IMG/VR virus record: IMGVR_UViG_3300012971_000001
Location: 1-64,000 of that record
From: a virus
Length of the DNA stretch: 64,000 nt
Strand: one strand, 5' to 3'
Shown here in pieces: positions 28,448-36,915 of this stretch. Under the pieces are notes generated by a model, which searched no databases, was not told the DNA's origin, and worked only from the letters and a program-made list of their open reading frames with translations. Numbering within the stretch: position 1 is the first letter of the stretch; the number at the start of each line of letters is the position of its first letter. A program made the translations under genes and the position numbers.

Positions 28448-28907
28448 GACTTACTTCGGCCCCATGCAGGCAGGCCACACCAGATAGTTTGTGTCAAGCA
28501 TCGGGAGAAAATTTCCGAAAAAAATCCCGATCTGTGGGTCCACCTGATCGGGTACACTCCACAGTACCGGGAAGCCCCCAACGATGGTGCCTGAGGGACC
28601 TTTGCGGGTGTTTTCGGGTCATATTTTCAATGGTTTAGGGGAGGCAACGTGTTCAGGAATCTACCGGAGCAGGATAATCGGTTTTTCCCTGTAAAAACGC
28701 AGGAAACAGCCAAAAAAGCCGAAAATAAGCCTACAGCAACGCAGGCGTCACAGCATTTGTTGATCACGGAGCCGCCAATTCGCTCGGTTCTGTATGCATC
28801 ACCCTACATTCGGCTAGAAGGACCGCACCCAATGCCGAACTGGTGGTGGCGTTTCTGGTACTGGGCGCTACTTGGCTGGAAATGGAAAATAAATTAGCAG
28901 TTTGGAC

Positions 28908-28936
28908 TTGCGCACAGGTTCAAACCTGTGTAGACT
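28908..28936 (+). promoter_or_regulatory. Palindromic-spacer promoter, copy 7 (perfect 8-bp arms)
   Basis: TTGCGC-17 bp-TAGACT containing CACAGGTT-CA-AACCTGTG; ATG 6 nt downstream. Confidence 0.85.
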
Positions 28937-28942
28937 GGTGAT

Positions 28943-29296
28943 ATGAAGCAGTTACCTCTATTCTCACCACGGCCCTACTCCGGGACGCCGTTGAACACGC
29001 CAAAGGGCGTGTGTCAGCGTTGTGGTGGTCTGGGCCAGGTGGCGGAGATCATCGACGACGAAAAGGCAGAAGCCCTGGTTCCGTGTTACGCGTGCCACGA
29101 ATTCTGCCGGGTCTGCAAGAAGGTGGTCAAGAAAAGCGGCCACGACTGTGTAGCGGCACCCAAGCCGGTGCAGGCGGAAACGACTGCGACCTGCACGTCG
29201 TGCGGCAAGATGGTCCGAATCGACGGTGCCATGCGGACGCAGGACATGCAGTATTACCATCAGGGCTGCCCGGCGCCCGATCGGAAGGCAATTTGA
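28943..29296 (+). CDS. Multi-Zn-finger protein
   Basis: Four CxxC pairs plus H..C. Confidence 0.65.
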   Translation: MKQLPLFSPRPYSGTPLNTPKGVCQRCGGLGQVAEIIDDEKAEALVPCYACHEFCRVCKKVVKKSGHDCVAAPKPVQAETTATCTSCGKMVRIDGAMRTQDMQYYHQGCPAPDRKAI

Positions 29297-29460
29297 AAAT
29301 CCAGTGCACAGCCCACACGCCGCGGAAGGACTTCAAGCACGTGATGTCGTGCATCCGGTGCGGTGCGTTGATCAAGCTGTGTACGTGTGTTCAGGACCGC
29401 GATGGAGATGTCGATCCCTATTGCCGCAAGTGCAGAGGGACAGGATGGATCAAAAGATGA
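29293..29460 (+). CDS. Small Zn-finger protein
   Basis: TTG start overlapping upstream stop; CIRC, CRKCRGTG. Confidence 0.5.
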   Translation: MKIQCTAHTPRKDFKHVMSCIRCGALIKLCTCVQDRDGDVDPYCRKCRGTGWIKR

Positions 29461-29945
29461 GCTCACGAGTCGAATTAACAGAAAAAGAAAAATTGGAGAT
29501 CGAACAGCTGAAGGCGCTACCGCTGCCCAGAAAGCTGGAAGGCGAGTGCGCCGGCTGCCATCGCGGCATCCCGGTGGGTTACTTCGCGCTGGTCACGAAG
29601 TGGAAAACGCGGACCTGGACGGGCGGGACGAAGGTCATGGTGCCCGCCGAGCAGTGGTGCCAGGACTGCAGGCCGGTCGCAGCAGGCAAGAGTCCCAGCA
29701 AAAACGGCAGCAGCAGCAAGAGCCACCCGGTGATCGAGAACAAGGTCAGCAACACGCCGTTGAACGAGCTGCTGGCAAAAAAGTTGAAGACGGTCATGTC
29801 CAAAGAAAAGGCACATTCGCCGCGGTGGATGATGAAGCGTCTGGGTATCAACCCGGAGCAGAAGCAGCAGGTGGTCGACACGCTGAAGAAGCTCTACAGC
29901 GATAAGCAGATCGAGTTCGAAGACGGGCAGTGGAAATTGGTGTAA
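29457..29945 (+). CDS. Zn-ribbon plus winged-HTH protein
   Basis: CAGC..CQDC; C-terminal helix-helix-helix-wing pattern ending IEFEDGQWKLV. Confidence 0.6.
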   Translation: MSSRVELTEKEKLEIEQLKALPLPRKLEGECAGCHRGIPVGYFALVTKWKTRTWTGGTKVMVPAEQWCQDCRPVAAGKSPSKNGSSSKSHPVIENKVSNTPLNELLAKKLKTVMSKEKAHSPRWMMKRLGINPEQKQQVVDTLKKLYSDKQIEFEDGQWKLV

Positions 29946-29947
29946 CG

Positions 29948-30094
29948 ATGCTCAAGAAGATGATGAAGAAAATCGAGAAAGCCGGTTTCGAGATCACCGG
30001 CCGCAGCAGACGGGGATTTCAGGTTGCGGGGTACATCGACGTCCTGCAGTATTGCTGGCACGAACAGTCGTCTGAGCAAGTAAAAGTGTGTTAG
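29948..30094 (+). CDS. Small ORF whose 3' end is antisense to terL
   Basis: MLKKMMKKIEKAGFEITG... 48 aa, starts 2 nt after upstream stop. Confidence 0.4.
   Translation: MLKKMMKKIEKAGFEITGRSRRGFQVAGYIDVLQYCWHEQSSEQVKVC
30048..30082. repeat. 35-bp exact inverted copy of terL 23281-23315
   Basis: Reverse complement TACTTGCTCAGACGACTGTTCGTGCCAGCAATACT is identical to 23281-23315. Confidence 0.95.
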
Positions 30095-30111
30095 CATGGA
30101 AAGTAGTGACG

Positions 30112-30204
30112 TGGCATTTCCAGCCAGGGCGTCGAAAGACACTGCAAGGACCAGCGCGGTAGACTGTGGAAGCGAACCTGAAGCTGCCCTGGCTGGAAAT
30201 GCCA
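30112..30204 (+). ncRNA. Structured element closed by a 19-bp perfect stem
   Basis: TGGCATTTCCAGCCAGGGC (30112-30130) pairs with GCCCTGGCTGGAAATGCCA (30186-30204); inner GTC-GAAA-GAC hairpin. Confidence 0.55.
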
Positions 30205-30231
30205 TGAAGATTGGTTACACTGTAGTTTCTC

Positions 30232-30939
30232 GTGACACTCGACTTCAGAGGCGCAGAGCAACTGTGGCATGCACTGGCTGGAGTCCTGATTGCGCAGCAT
30301 AACTCTGCTTATTTTTCCACCCCGCATGGAGAAGTAGCCAAATTGCTCCGGCGCTTTCGGTTGTATTCCGGTCTGGTTGCCGAGCCGACGATTCCGCTAG
30401 AATTTCACCTGCCAGATAGCAATGACGATGTCAGCATCGTAGAATCCATCGCCGACGCTTCGGGTCTACCCTACACCACCACGATGCCGCGGTTGATCCT
30501 GCCTGAGGGACCGTACAGCGACGGAAATCACATTGTTATCGCATTGGGGGACATACATCCCGACTTCGAGCTTCCGGTGTCGGCGTTGCGGGCAATACTG
30601 CGGCTGGCCAAGACTTATACGGGCAAGGTATATATGATCGGGCTGGGCAAGCGCCCGGAAGTAGCATTGATGGAAAATGAAATCCTGTTTCAGCTGAGAT
30701 GCCCCGAAAAGGAAAAACTGTTGTCCACAGCCAAGCTGGTGATCGGCACGCCCAATGACTGGACTTGGCTAGCATCTGCTTGGCAGAAGAAAATCGTGGT
30801 CCTGTATGCCGACAGCCAGCCGATGAGGAAATGGTTTCCGTTCGCCGATGACAACTTCGGCAGAGTCCTGTTCAGCCATAATAACCTGGACATAGCCAAC
30901 TTAGTAGCTCAGGTGCGGGTGTTGATCAAGATGTTGTGA
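30232..30939 (+). CDS. GT9-like glycosyltransferase
   Basis: LSTAKLVIGTPNDWTWLASAWQKKIVVLY resembles the GT9 C-terminal motif. Confidence 0.55.
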   Translation: MTLDFRGAEQLWHALAGVLIAQHNSAYFSTPHGEVAKLLRRFRLYSGLVAEPTIPLEFHLPDSNDDVSIVESIADASGLPYTTTMPRLILPEGPYSDGNHIVIALGDIHPDFELPVSALRAILRLAKTYTGKVYMIGLGKRPEVALMENEILFQLRCPEKEKLLSTAKLVIGTPNDWTWLASAWQKKIVVLYADSQPMRKWFPFADDNFGRVLFSHNNLDIANLVAQVRVLIKML

Positions 30940-30949
30940 GGAAAATAGA

Positions 30950-31276
30950 ATGACTGATGAGATGATGAAGCTGCTGAAGAAGATAGGAGAAGGCATCAGC
31001 CAAGAATTACTGCCGAAGATGAAGGCATCAGAGTTCATAATGCTTCTTGCCGATCCAGAGGGAGCAGAGGATGTATTCTTGCTGCTGCAAGCAGGTGCAG
31101 CGTTAATGCTTAACAAGCCGATCATCGTCGTAGCATTGAATGGATACAGAGTTCCCTACAAGCTACGCATGATATCCGAAGCCGTGATCGAGACGAACGA
31201 GTTTGATGATGCAGCAAAGGAAAAGGTGCGGGCTGCATTAGCCAAGATCGTGGCCAGAAAGGCAGCAATGCAATAA
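30950..31276 (+). CDS. Hypothetical protein (nucleoside deoxyribosyltransferase-like fold?)
   Basis: LQAGAALMLNKPIIVV resembles E.G.A....KPI. Confidence 0.5.
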   Translation: MTDEMMKLLKKIGEGISQELLPKMKASEFIMLLADPEGAEDVFLLLQAGAALMLNKPIIVVALNGYRVPYKLRMISEAVIETNEFDDAAKEKVRAALAKIVARKAAMQ

Positions 31277-31470
31277 TGCCCTGCGAAGACTGCAAGCGGA
31301 TGAAGGAGCAGCTCGATTATGCCATCGAGTTCCTGCGCACGGAGATGGAATGGGAGTATTGGCGTGCAGAGTGGCTTCACGACGATGTAGAGCAAACAAA
31401 TTGCTCGATGGAGAACGCACGCAAGCTGCGCAATTTCCTGATAGAATGTGGATATAATCCGAGCCGCTAA
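31276..31470 (+). CDS. Hypothetical protein
   Basis: TAATG coupling. Confidence 0.45.
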   Translation: MPCEDCKRMKEQLDYAIEFLRTEMEWEYWRAEWLHDDVEQTNCSMENARKLRNFLIECGYNPSR

Positions 31471-31499
31471 ATAGTTACTCATTCACGGAGGTGACGTAA

Positions 31500-32849
31500 A
31501 TGAAATCGTTCTGCATCCTCTTTGCGATCCTGACTGCGCAGCTTTGCGGGCAGGCTCTGAGCACCTTTACCTGTATGCCAACATCGTTCGGTGCAGGATC
31601 AGCAACTGCATGCACTGCGGGGCTGACGGCACCAGCCGGGACCGCGGGCTTCAAGATAGCGATATCGGTGCAATTGGCACGCAGACGAGAGCACGGAGGC
31701 AGGACTGCCACAGGCATTACAGCCCCGGCATCTGTCACGGTCGGCTGGACGAGCTCGAAAGTGACATTCAATGTTACGACGACGACATCAACGCCTGCGC
31801 AGACAGCAACGATTACAGCAGCAGCCGGGACGGTGAGGCTAACGCAGCAAATAAACGTGGTTGCAGGCGCCACGATTGTTTATTCGATTACAGCACTTAC
31901 TTGCAATCCGGCTATGTTGATTCCCGGCGAAAATACATCATGCACCGGCAGCCTGTCACCCGCAGCCCCACTTAGCGGATTCAGCGCATCGATCACGAGC
32001 AGTTCCGCGAATCTAACGGTGCCCGCATCGGTCAGCATTCCCGGCAACTCGTCCAGCTTCAAATTTCCGGTTACAGCTTCGGCGCTAGCCACCGGCATAG
32101 AAAAAGATACGATCACAGCCAAGGTTGCGGGTGCAACGAAGACAGTTGCAGTTACGATTGATCCAAGCGCGAAATTTCAATTCCGCGTAACGACCACGGA
32201 GATGCCGTCGCTCGTGGATTCCGCGACCGTGACGCCGGTCGTGAAACCCACGGGATGGACCGGCACGCTGACGGTGCGCGGCGGCGGCAGCGTGATCATG
32301 AATGCGACCGGCGCGGGCGCGGCATTTCTGAACGGCGGCAACCAGGGCAGCGATGCCGCATATGTGAATTTCACGAGCGCATCGTTCGGCACCGTGTTCA
32401 ACAATTCGTCGGAGATCTCGCTGTATCTCAGATCCGGCTACACGTTCGCGGAACGGCAGGCGCTCGCAAGCCCGAACATGCGCAGCGCCTTCGAAATCTA
32501 CGACGCCAACGGAAGCTGGTGGAGTTTCAACACGTACACGAGTACGGACGGCGCGCTGCGGTTCGGGTTCGGCGCGAAGGGCTACGCGGCGGTATACGCG
32601 ATCCCGGCGGGCACGGAAGACGCAGTGTTCGGCAAAGGCGTGATCGTGAAAATTCGCATTACATGGGATGCCAGCACATTCAGCCTGTGGGTGAACGGCC
32701 AGATGGTGCAGACGAATTCGGTTACGCAGCCGAAAAATCCTTCGTGGGGATCGACATCAGCTTTTACGATCGGCGCGCGCAGTGTTCGCTTATCAGGTGG
32801 CGGCTTTTACTCCAGCGATGACACGGTTGCAGAGTTCATGATGAGATGA
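31500..32849 (+). CDS. Secreted protein: two Ig-like repeats plus LamG/ConA-like domain
   Basis: GGAGG RBS; signal peptide; repeated C.P...G....CT..L...A units; ITWD...SLWVNG...FTIG. Confidence 0.72.
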   Translation: MKSFCILFAILTAQLCGQALSTFTCMPTSFGAGSATACTAGLTAPAGTAGFKIAISVQLARRREHGGRTATGITAPASVTVGWTSSKVTFNVTTTTSTPAQTATITAAAGTVRLTQQINVVAGATIVYSITALTCNPAMLIPGENTSCTGSLSPAAPLSGFSASITSSSANLTVPASVSIPGNSSSFKFPVTASALATGIEKDTITAKVAGATKTVAVTIDPSAKFQFRVTTTEMPSLVDSATVTPVVKPTGWTGTLTVRGGGSVIMNATGAGAAFLNGGNQGSDAAYVNFTSASFGTVFNNSSEISLYLRSGYTFAERQALASPNMRSAFEIYDANGSWWSFNTYTSTDGALRFGFGAKGYAAVYAIPAGTEDAVFGKGVIVKIRITWDASTFSLWVNGQMVQTNSVTQPKNPSWGSTSAFTIGARSVRLSGGGFYSSDDTVAEFMMR

Positions 32850-32913
32850 TGAGATAAGGGCTTAGCCGTGCTCTATAAGCTTTGACATAGCCAAGGTTCA
32901 TGTTAGTATCTGG

Positions 32914-33414
32914 GTGACGATGAGAAAGATTCCAGATACACTAGCGGCACAGCAGGCTCGGTTTTCGAAGTTTGTTGATAAGAGTTCGTCGCCTAAGGGC
33001 TGTTGGCTTTGGACCGGATCTAAGGATCATTCTGGCCATGGTCACATAAAAATGAAGATGGCAGATGGCCATTTTGAATTTCAGGCTCATCGCATTGCAC
33101 ATATCTGGTGGATAGGACCTATTCCAGACGGTTTGTATGTTTGCCATAAACGCATTGATGTGTGCGGCAATGCAGCTTGCGCAAACCCTGCACATCTTTA
33201 TATTGGAAACAGCTTTGATAACTTCGCTGATGCAGTAGCTGACGGGCGCCGGCGCCATAACGCTGCACTAACCGAACAGCAGATTGGGCTAATAAAAGCA
33301 ATGTATACTGCCAACATTGTGCATGGAGCTATTTCTGCTATAGCACGAAGGCTAAACCTCAGCAGAGCTACCGTTAGTGCTGTCATAACAGGCAGGATAC
33401 GGAACCGTATATGA
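32914..33414 (+). CDS. HNH homing endonuclease (copy 2)
   Basis: VDKSSSPKGCWLWTG, AHRIA, CANPAHL; TTGACA upstream. Confidence 0.88.
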   Translation: MTMRKIPDTLAAQQARFSKFVDKSSSPKGCWLWTGSKDHSGHGHIKMKMADGHFEFQAHRIAHIWWIGPIPDGLYVCHKRIDVCGNAACANPAHLYIGNSFDNFADAVADGRRRHNAALTEQQIGLIKAMYTANIVHGAISAIARRLNLSRATVSAVITGRIRNRI

Positions 33415-36400
33415 TTGAAATTTTGCGGCGAATGCATAACAGCTTTCGTGCCCGGTTACTCAAGCACTACCGGACGAAGGAAGTCGTGCGGGTGTTTCAG
33501 ATATCCCACGCACAGGAACTGAAGGATTTGCCATATCATCAGTGGCCCGCCGTGCAGGCGCGGCAGACGCAGGAGATAGCAGCAGTGAAGGCCGGGCGCC
33601 TGGATATCGTAGATAGAAAATCCTGGGCATGGCCGTTCATCCCAGCTACGATCAACCGTCTGGCAACGCCGCTGATGAAAGCGACGCCTTACGCACTGCG
33701 GCGTATGTCTCGCACGCCTGTGCCGCGCAGAGCCATCAACCTGATTAAAAACGCTTTGATCGGGCAGGCCTGGGATGTGCAGCCGATAGATGGCGTAGCA
33801 GTACTTGACTCAGATAAGGAGCGGGATGCCCGCATACGGATCGCCAAGAAAATATTCACCCATCCGAATAATGAAGATAGCTTTCAGACGTGGATGGAGC
33901 AGGGGCTGGAGGACTTACTCATCTTCGGCTCATTCTCAACGGAGCTGTCACTTACGCCTGACCCGGAACGCCCGATAAAAATGTGGGCAGTGAATACAGA
34001 GAGCATTCGCATATTTCCCAACTGGGCAGAATCGCTGTCGCAGGACTATCCTCACTACGCGCAGATGACCGGATTAAAAGGCGAGCGCGGAGCCGTTTTG
34101 TTCTACGATGACGAATTAATGTACGTGCGTGACAACATAGCCACGGATACACCATTCGGCACGGGCAAGATGGAAGTCGGATTTCGCTCGATCACAGATT
34201 TTCTGGGCGTGCAGGACATGAGCGGCAGAGCAGGCACGGATCAAGTCCACAAAACGTGGTTGTGGTGGGAGCAGCCACAATGTTTTGACGATCAAACGGA
34301 AGTGTTGACAACGCGGGGATGGGTGCCATGGTCTGGTACTTTAGATACCGATTGCTTTGCTACTCGTAGTGCTGATGGAAAGTTCGAGTGGCAGCAATGC
34401 ACAGCTTTGCATAAGAAGCACTACAAGGGCAATTTGGTCCAGTTTCAGAATCGTAATCTTCGCATACAAGTGACGCCGAATCATCGAATGTTTGGGCGTT
34501 ACAAGTATTCGGGCAGACAGGATGGGAAGCATATCTATTATTTCGGTGACGAGCAGTTTGCGCAAGCGTGCGATGTGATTAGTACGGTTGCCAATAAACC
34601 TGGAAAGGGCAGTAAAATATCCGTTGGCTCAGATATAGCACGGATGACTACACGAAAGCCAAAATGTCACATTGATAGGCCAGATCCGAATTGCAAGCGA
34701 TGTAGAAATCGCCTGGTCATGCGAAGGTACTATGATCGCATATATCAGGGCATAGCGCCTGGCCAGTCTAGCAAGAAAACCCCTGCCGACTTTGTTATTC
34801 CAGCTAGATCTAAGTGGGTAGACGGCGTGCTGCCGGCAGAAAAATTTACAGTAGGCAAATGGGAGTTTGATTGGCAAGATTGGGCAGCATTCCTTGGAAT
34901 ATGGATGGCTGAGGGTTCTACTAGCGGCAACATGCATGCAGCACGCTTAAAGAAAAAGCAAGGGGTAAAAGAGCCTGGTTATATAGCTGCGATAGCAGCA
35001 TCAGCAGATGGAAATGCTTTCGCTCATCAGAAGAAGCATTGCACTGATATCCATACGTTTAAGGTAATCGTGGCTCAGAGCAGTAAGGCCAATTCAGAGA
35101 AGTATCAGGCTATTAAGTCCTTGATGGACAAGATGAACTTGCCTTACTACACGCACGGCAATGCCTTTACTTTTACTTGCCGAGACATTTGGGAACATCT
35201 CGCACAGTTTGGAAATAAATATACCAAGTGGGTGCCAGACTACATTAAGGACGCGCCTTCTGATGTTATCAGCACGTTTGTGCATTGGGCTTGTATAGGT
35301 GATGGCTGGCTTAGGGGAAATAAGGGTGCCAGAGGATACTTCACGACCAGTCGAAAACTAGCTGACGATCTGCAAGAACTATTTCAGAAGATAGGTAGCA
35401 GTGCCAGTATTGGTCGATCGAATGCGCATGTTGACAAGCATGGACGCTGCATATCACCTGGCTATTCCGTGATAGAACAGACGACTGAAGAGATCAGCTT
35501 AATGCCTAGCGCTTATAGGCCTGGTCGAGGGATGTGCAAGCCGCAGCTAGTGCCATATGATGGGATGGTGTACTGTGCGACAGTGCCAAATAGCACTCTA
35601 TACTGTCGCCGAAATGGCTATGCATTTTGGAGTGGGAATTCCGAGGCAGCCTATCAAATCGTGCGCAGGCATATCCAGAACGAGCTAGAAGGGCAGGCAA
35701 AGATATCGATCGTCGGCGGGATGAAGAAGCCAGAAGTCATCGAGGTGCAGCCGACGGTCGAATCCGACTTACTGTTGGGCTGGCAGGAAGTGCTGATCCG
35801 GATGATCGGCAACGCATTCGACTTATCGGCGATGGCACTTGGCGTGGAACACGACGTGAACAGAGCAGTGGGTGAAGTGCTAGACGACCGTGACCACAGA
35901 TCGGCCGTGGTCCCGATGGGCAAGCGCCTGGCAGAAGCACTTACGACGCGCGTCCTACACAACAAATTGCATTGGTACGATATCGAGTTCGTCTACCTGA
36001 ATTTGGACGACCCGGATATGGTCACCAAGCTCGACATGCTGACGCGGATGTACAGCGCCAATGCCGAGACGCCAAACGGAATCAGAATCGGCATGGGCAA
36101 GCAGCCGCTGGATAGCCCATTCGCAGACCTTACGCAGTTTGAATGCATGTTGCTCAACGTGCAGGCGCAGGTGTACGCCCAGGAAGAAGCCGCCAAGACT
36201 CAGCAGGAAATGCAGCCGCCAGCGCCGCCTGCAGGACCGGGCGGTCCCAGTGGTCCCGGGCAGGGGCCGGGGACGACGCCTGCGGTCAATGGACCGCCCC
36301 AAAAATCGATCCCACCGGGGCAGGCGCCGGGGAAAAAGGGCCTACCACCGGGGCAACAGCCGCCGACTACAGCACCCGGCGGTCCTGGCGGGCAGAAACC

Positions 36401-36872
36401 ATTAAAGATAAAGCCCAAAGTTGCCTCGCCAACCAAGCTCAGCCTTCCGAAATTCCCTATCTCCGGCACTGCATATACCGCCATGGAACTCGCGGAAATG
36501 CCGGTGGATCAGCTTCGCAACCTGTTCGACCAGGAGCAGATGCCGCCGGTCAAAAATGTCATGCACGACATGGAAAATCAGGAGCCGGGCATCCTCGAAC
36601 AGCTGTCGGAAGAAACGAAGGAATTCTTCGAAGAGCGCAAGCAAAAGGAACAGGCGCAGCATCGCGTCAAGCCGATAGATCCGAAAATCATCAAGCAGTG
36701 GGCCAAGGAACAGCAGGACCGCCTGAAGGAGCACAGCAAGCGTACCGCGTCCTATTCGGAATTCGTTGAGAAACGCGGTCAGCAAGCCATGAAGCCCGGC
36801 GGCCCGGGATCAAAGGGCATAATCCCCAAGGCAGGCAAGCCGGGGCAGATTAATCCGATAGTCAAGCAATAG
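33411..36872 (+). CDS. Portal protein with intein and Pro/Gly-rich C-terminal extension
   Basis: Portal-like extein (HPN....F...LEDLL, YAQ, ELMYV, GTG, AFDLS...LG); lies upstream of protease and capsid. Confidence 0.82.
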   Translation: MIEILRRMHNSFRARLLKHYRTKEVVRVFQISHAQELKDLPYHQWPAVQARQTQEIAAVKAGRLDIVDRKSWAWPFIPATINRLATPLMKATPYALRRMSRTPVPRRAINLIKNALIGQAWDVQPIDGVAVLDSDKERDARIRIAKKIFTHPNNEDSFQTWMEQGLEDLLIFGSFSTELSLTPDPERPIKMWAVNTESIRIFPNWAESLSQDYPHYAQMTGLKGERGAVLFYDDELMYVRDNIATDTPFGTGKMEVGFRSITDFLGVQDMSGRAGTDQVHKTWLWWEQPQCFDDQTEVLTTRGWVPWSGTLDTDCFATRSADGKFEWQQCTALHKKHYKGNLVQFQNRNLRIQVTPNHRMFGRYKYSGRQDGKHIYYFGDEQFAQACDVISTVANKPGKGSKISVGSDIARMTTRKPKCHIDRPDPNCKRCRNRLVMRRYYDRIYQGIAPGQSSKKTPADFVIPARSKWVDGVLPAEKFTVGKWEFDWQDWAAFLGIWMAEGSTSGNMHAARLKKKQGVKEPGYIAAIAASADGNAFAHQKKHCTDIHTFKVIVAQSSKANSEKYQAIKSLMDKMNLPYYTHGNAFTFTCRDIWEHLAQFGNKYTKWVPDYIKDAPSDVISTFVHWACIGDGWLRGNKGARGYFTTSRKLADDLQELFQKIGSSASIGRSNAHVDKHGRCISPGYSVIEQTTEEISLMPSAYRPGRGMCKPQLVPYDGMVYCATVPNSTLYCRRNGYAFWSGNSEAAYQIVRRHIQNELEGQAKISIVGGMKKPEVIEVQPTVESDLLLGWQEVLIRMIGNAFDLSAMALGVEHDVNRAVGEVLDDRDHRSAVVPMGKRLAEALTTRVLHNKLHWYDIEFVYLNLDDPDMVTKLDMLTRMYSANAETPNGIRIGMGKQPLDSPFADLTQFECMLLNVQAQVYAQEEAAKTQQEMQPPAPPAGPGGPSGPGQGPGTTPAVNGPPQKSIPPGQAPGKKGLPPGQQPPTTAPGGPGGQKPLKIKPKVASPTKLSLPKFPISGTAYTAMELAEMPVDQLRNLFDQEQMPPVKNVMHDMENQEPGILEQLSEETKEFFEERKQKEQAQHRVKPIDPKIIKQWAKEQQDRLKEHSKRTASYSEFVEKRGQQAMKPGGPGSKGIIPKAGKPGQINPIVKQ
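34281..35639 (+). mobile_element. Intein with LAGLIDADG endonuclease
   Basis: Starts CFDDQTEVLT; block B VTPNHRM; FLGIWMAEG and WACIGDG; YDGMVYCATVPN; ends WSGN with +1 Ser. Confidence 0.9.
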
Positions 36873-36880
36873 CTTTAGCC

Positions 36881-36910
36881 TTGTCCACGAGTTCGAACCC
36901 GTGGTATAAC
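36881..36910 (+). promoter_or_regulatory. Palindromic-spacer promoter, copy 8
   Basis: TTGTCC / CACGAGTTCGAACCCGTG / TATAAC; GTG 5 nt downstream. Confidence 0.75.
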
Positions 36911-36915
36911 AGGGC

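Noticed and set aside
30000-30230. CRISPR mini-array around the 35-nt anti-terL segment
   Set aside because: No direct repeats flank the segment and no cas gene is recognisable in the window
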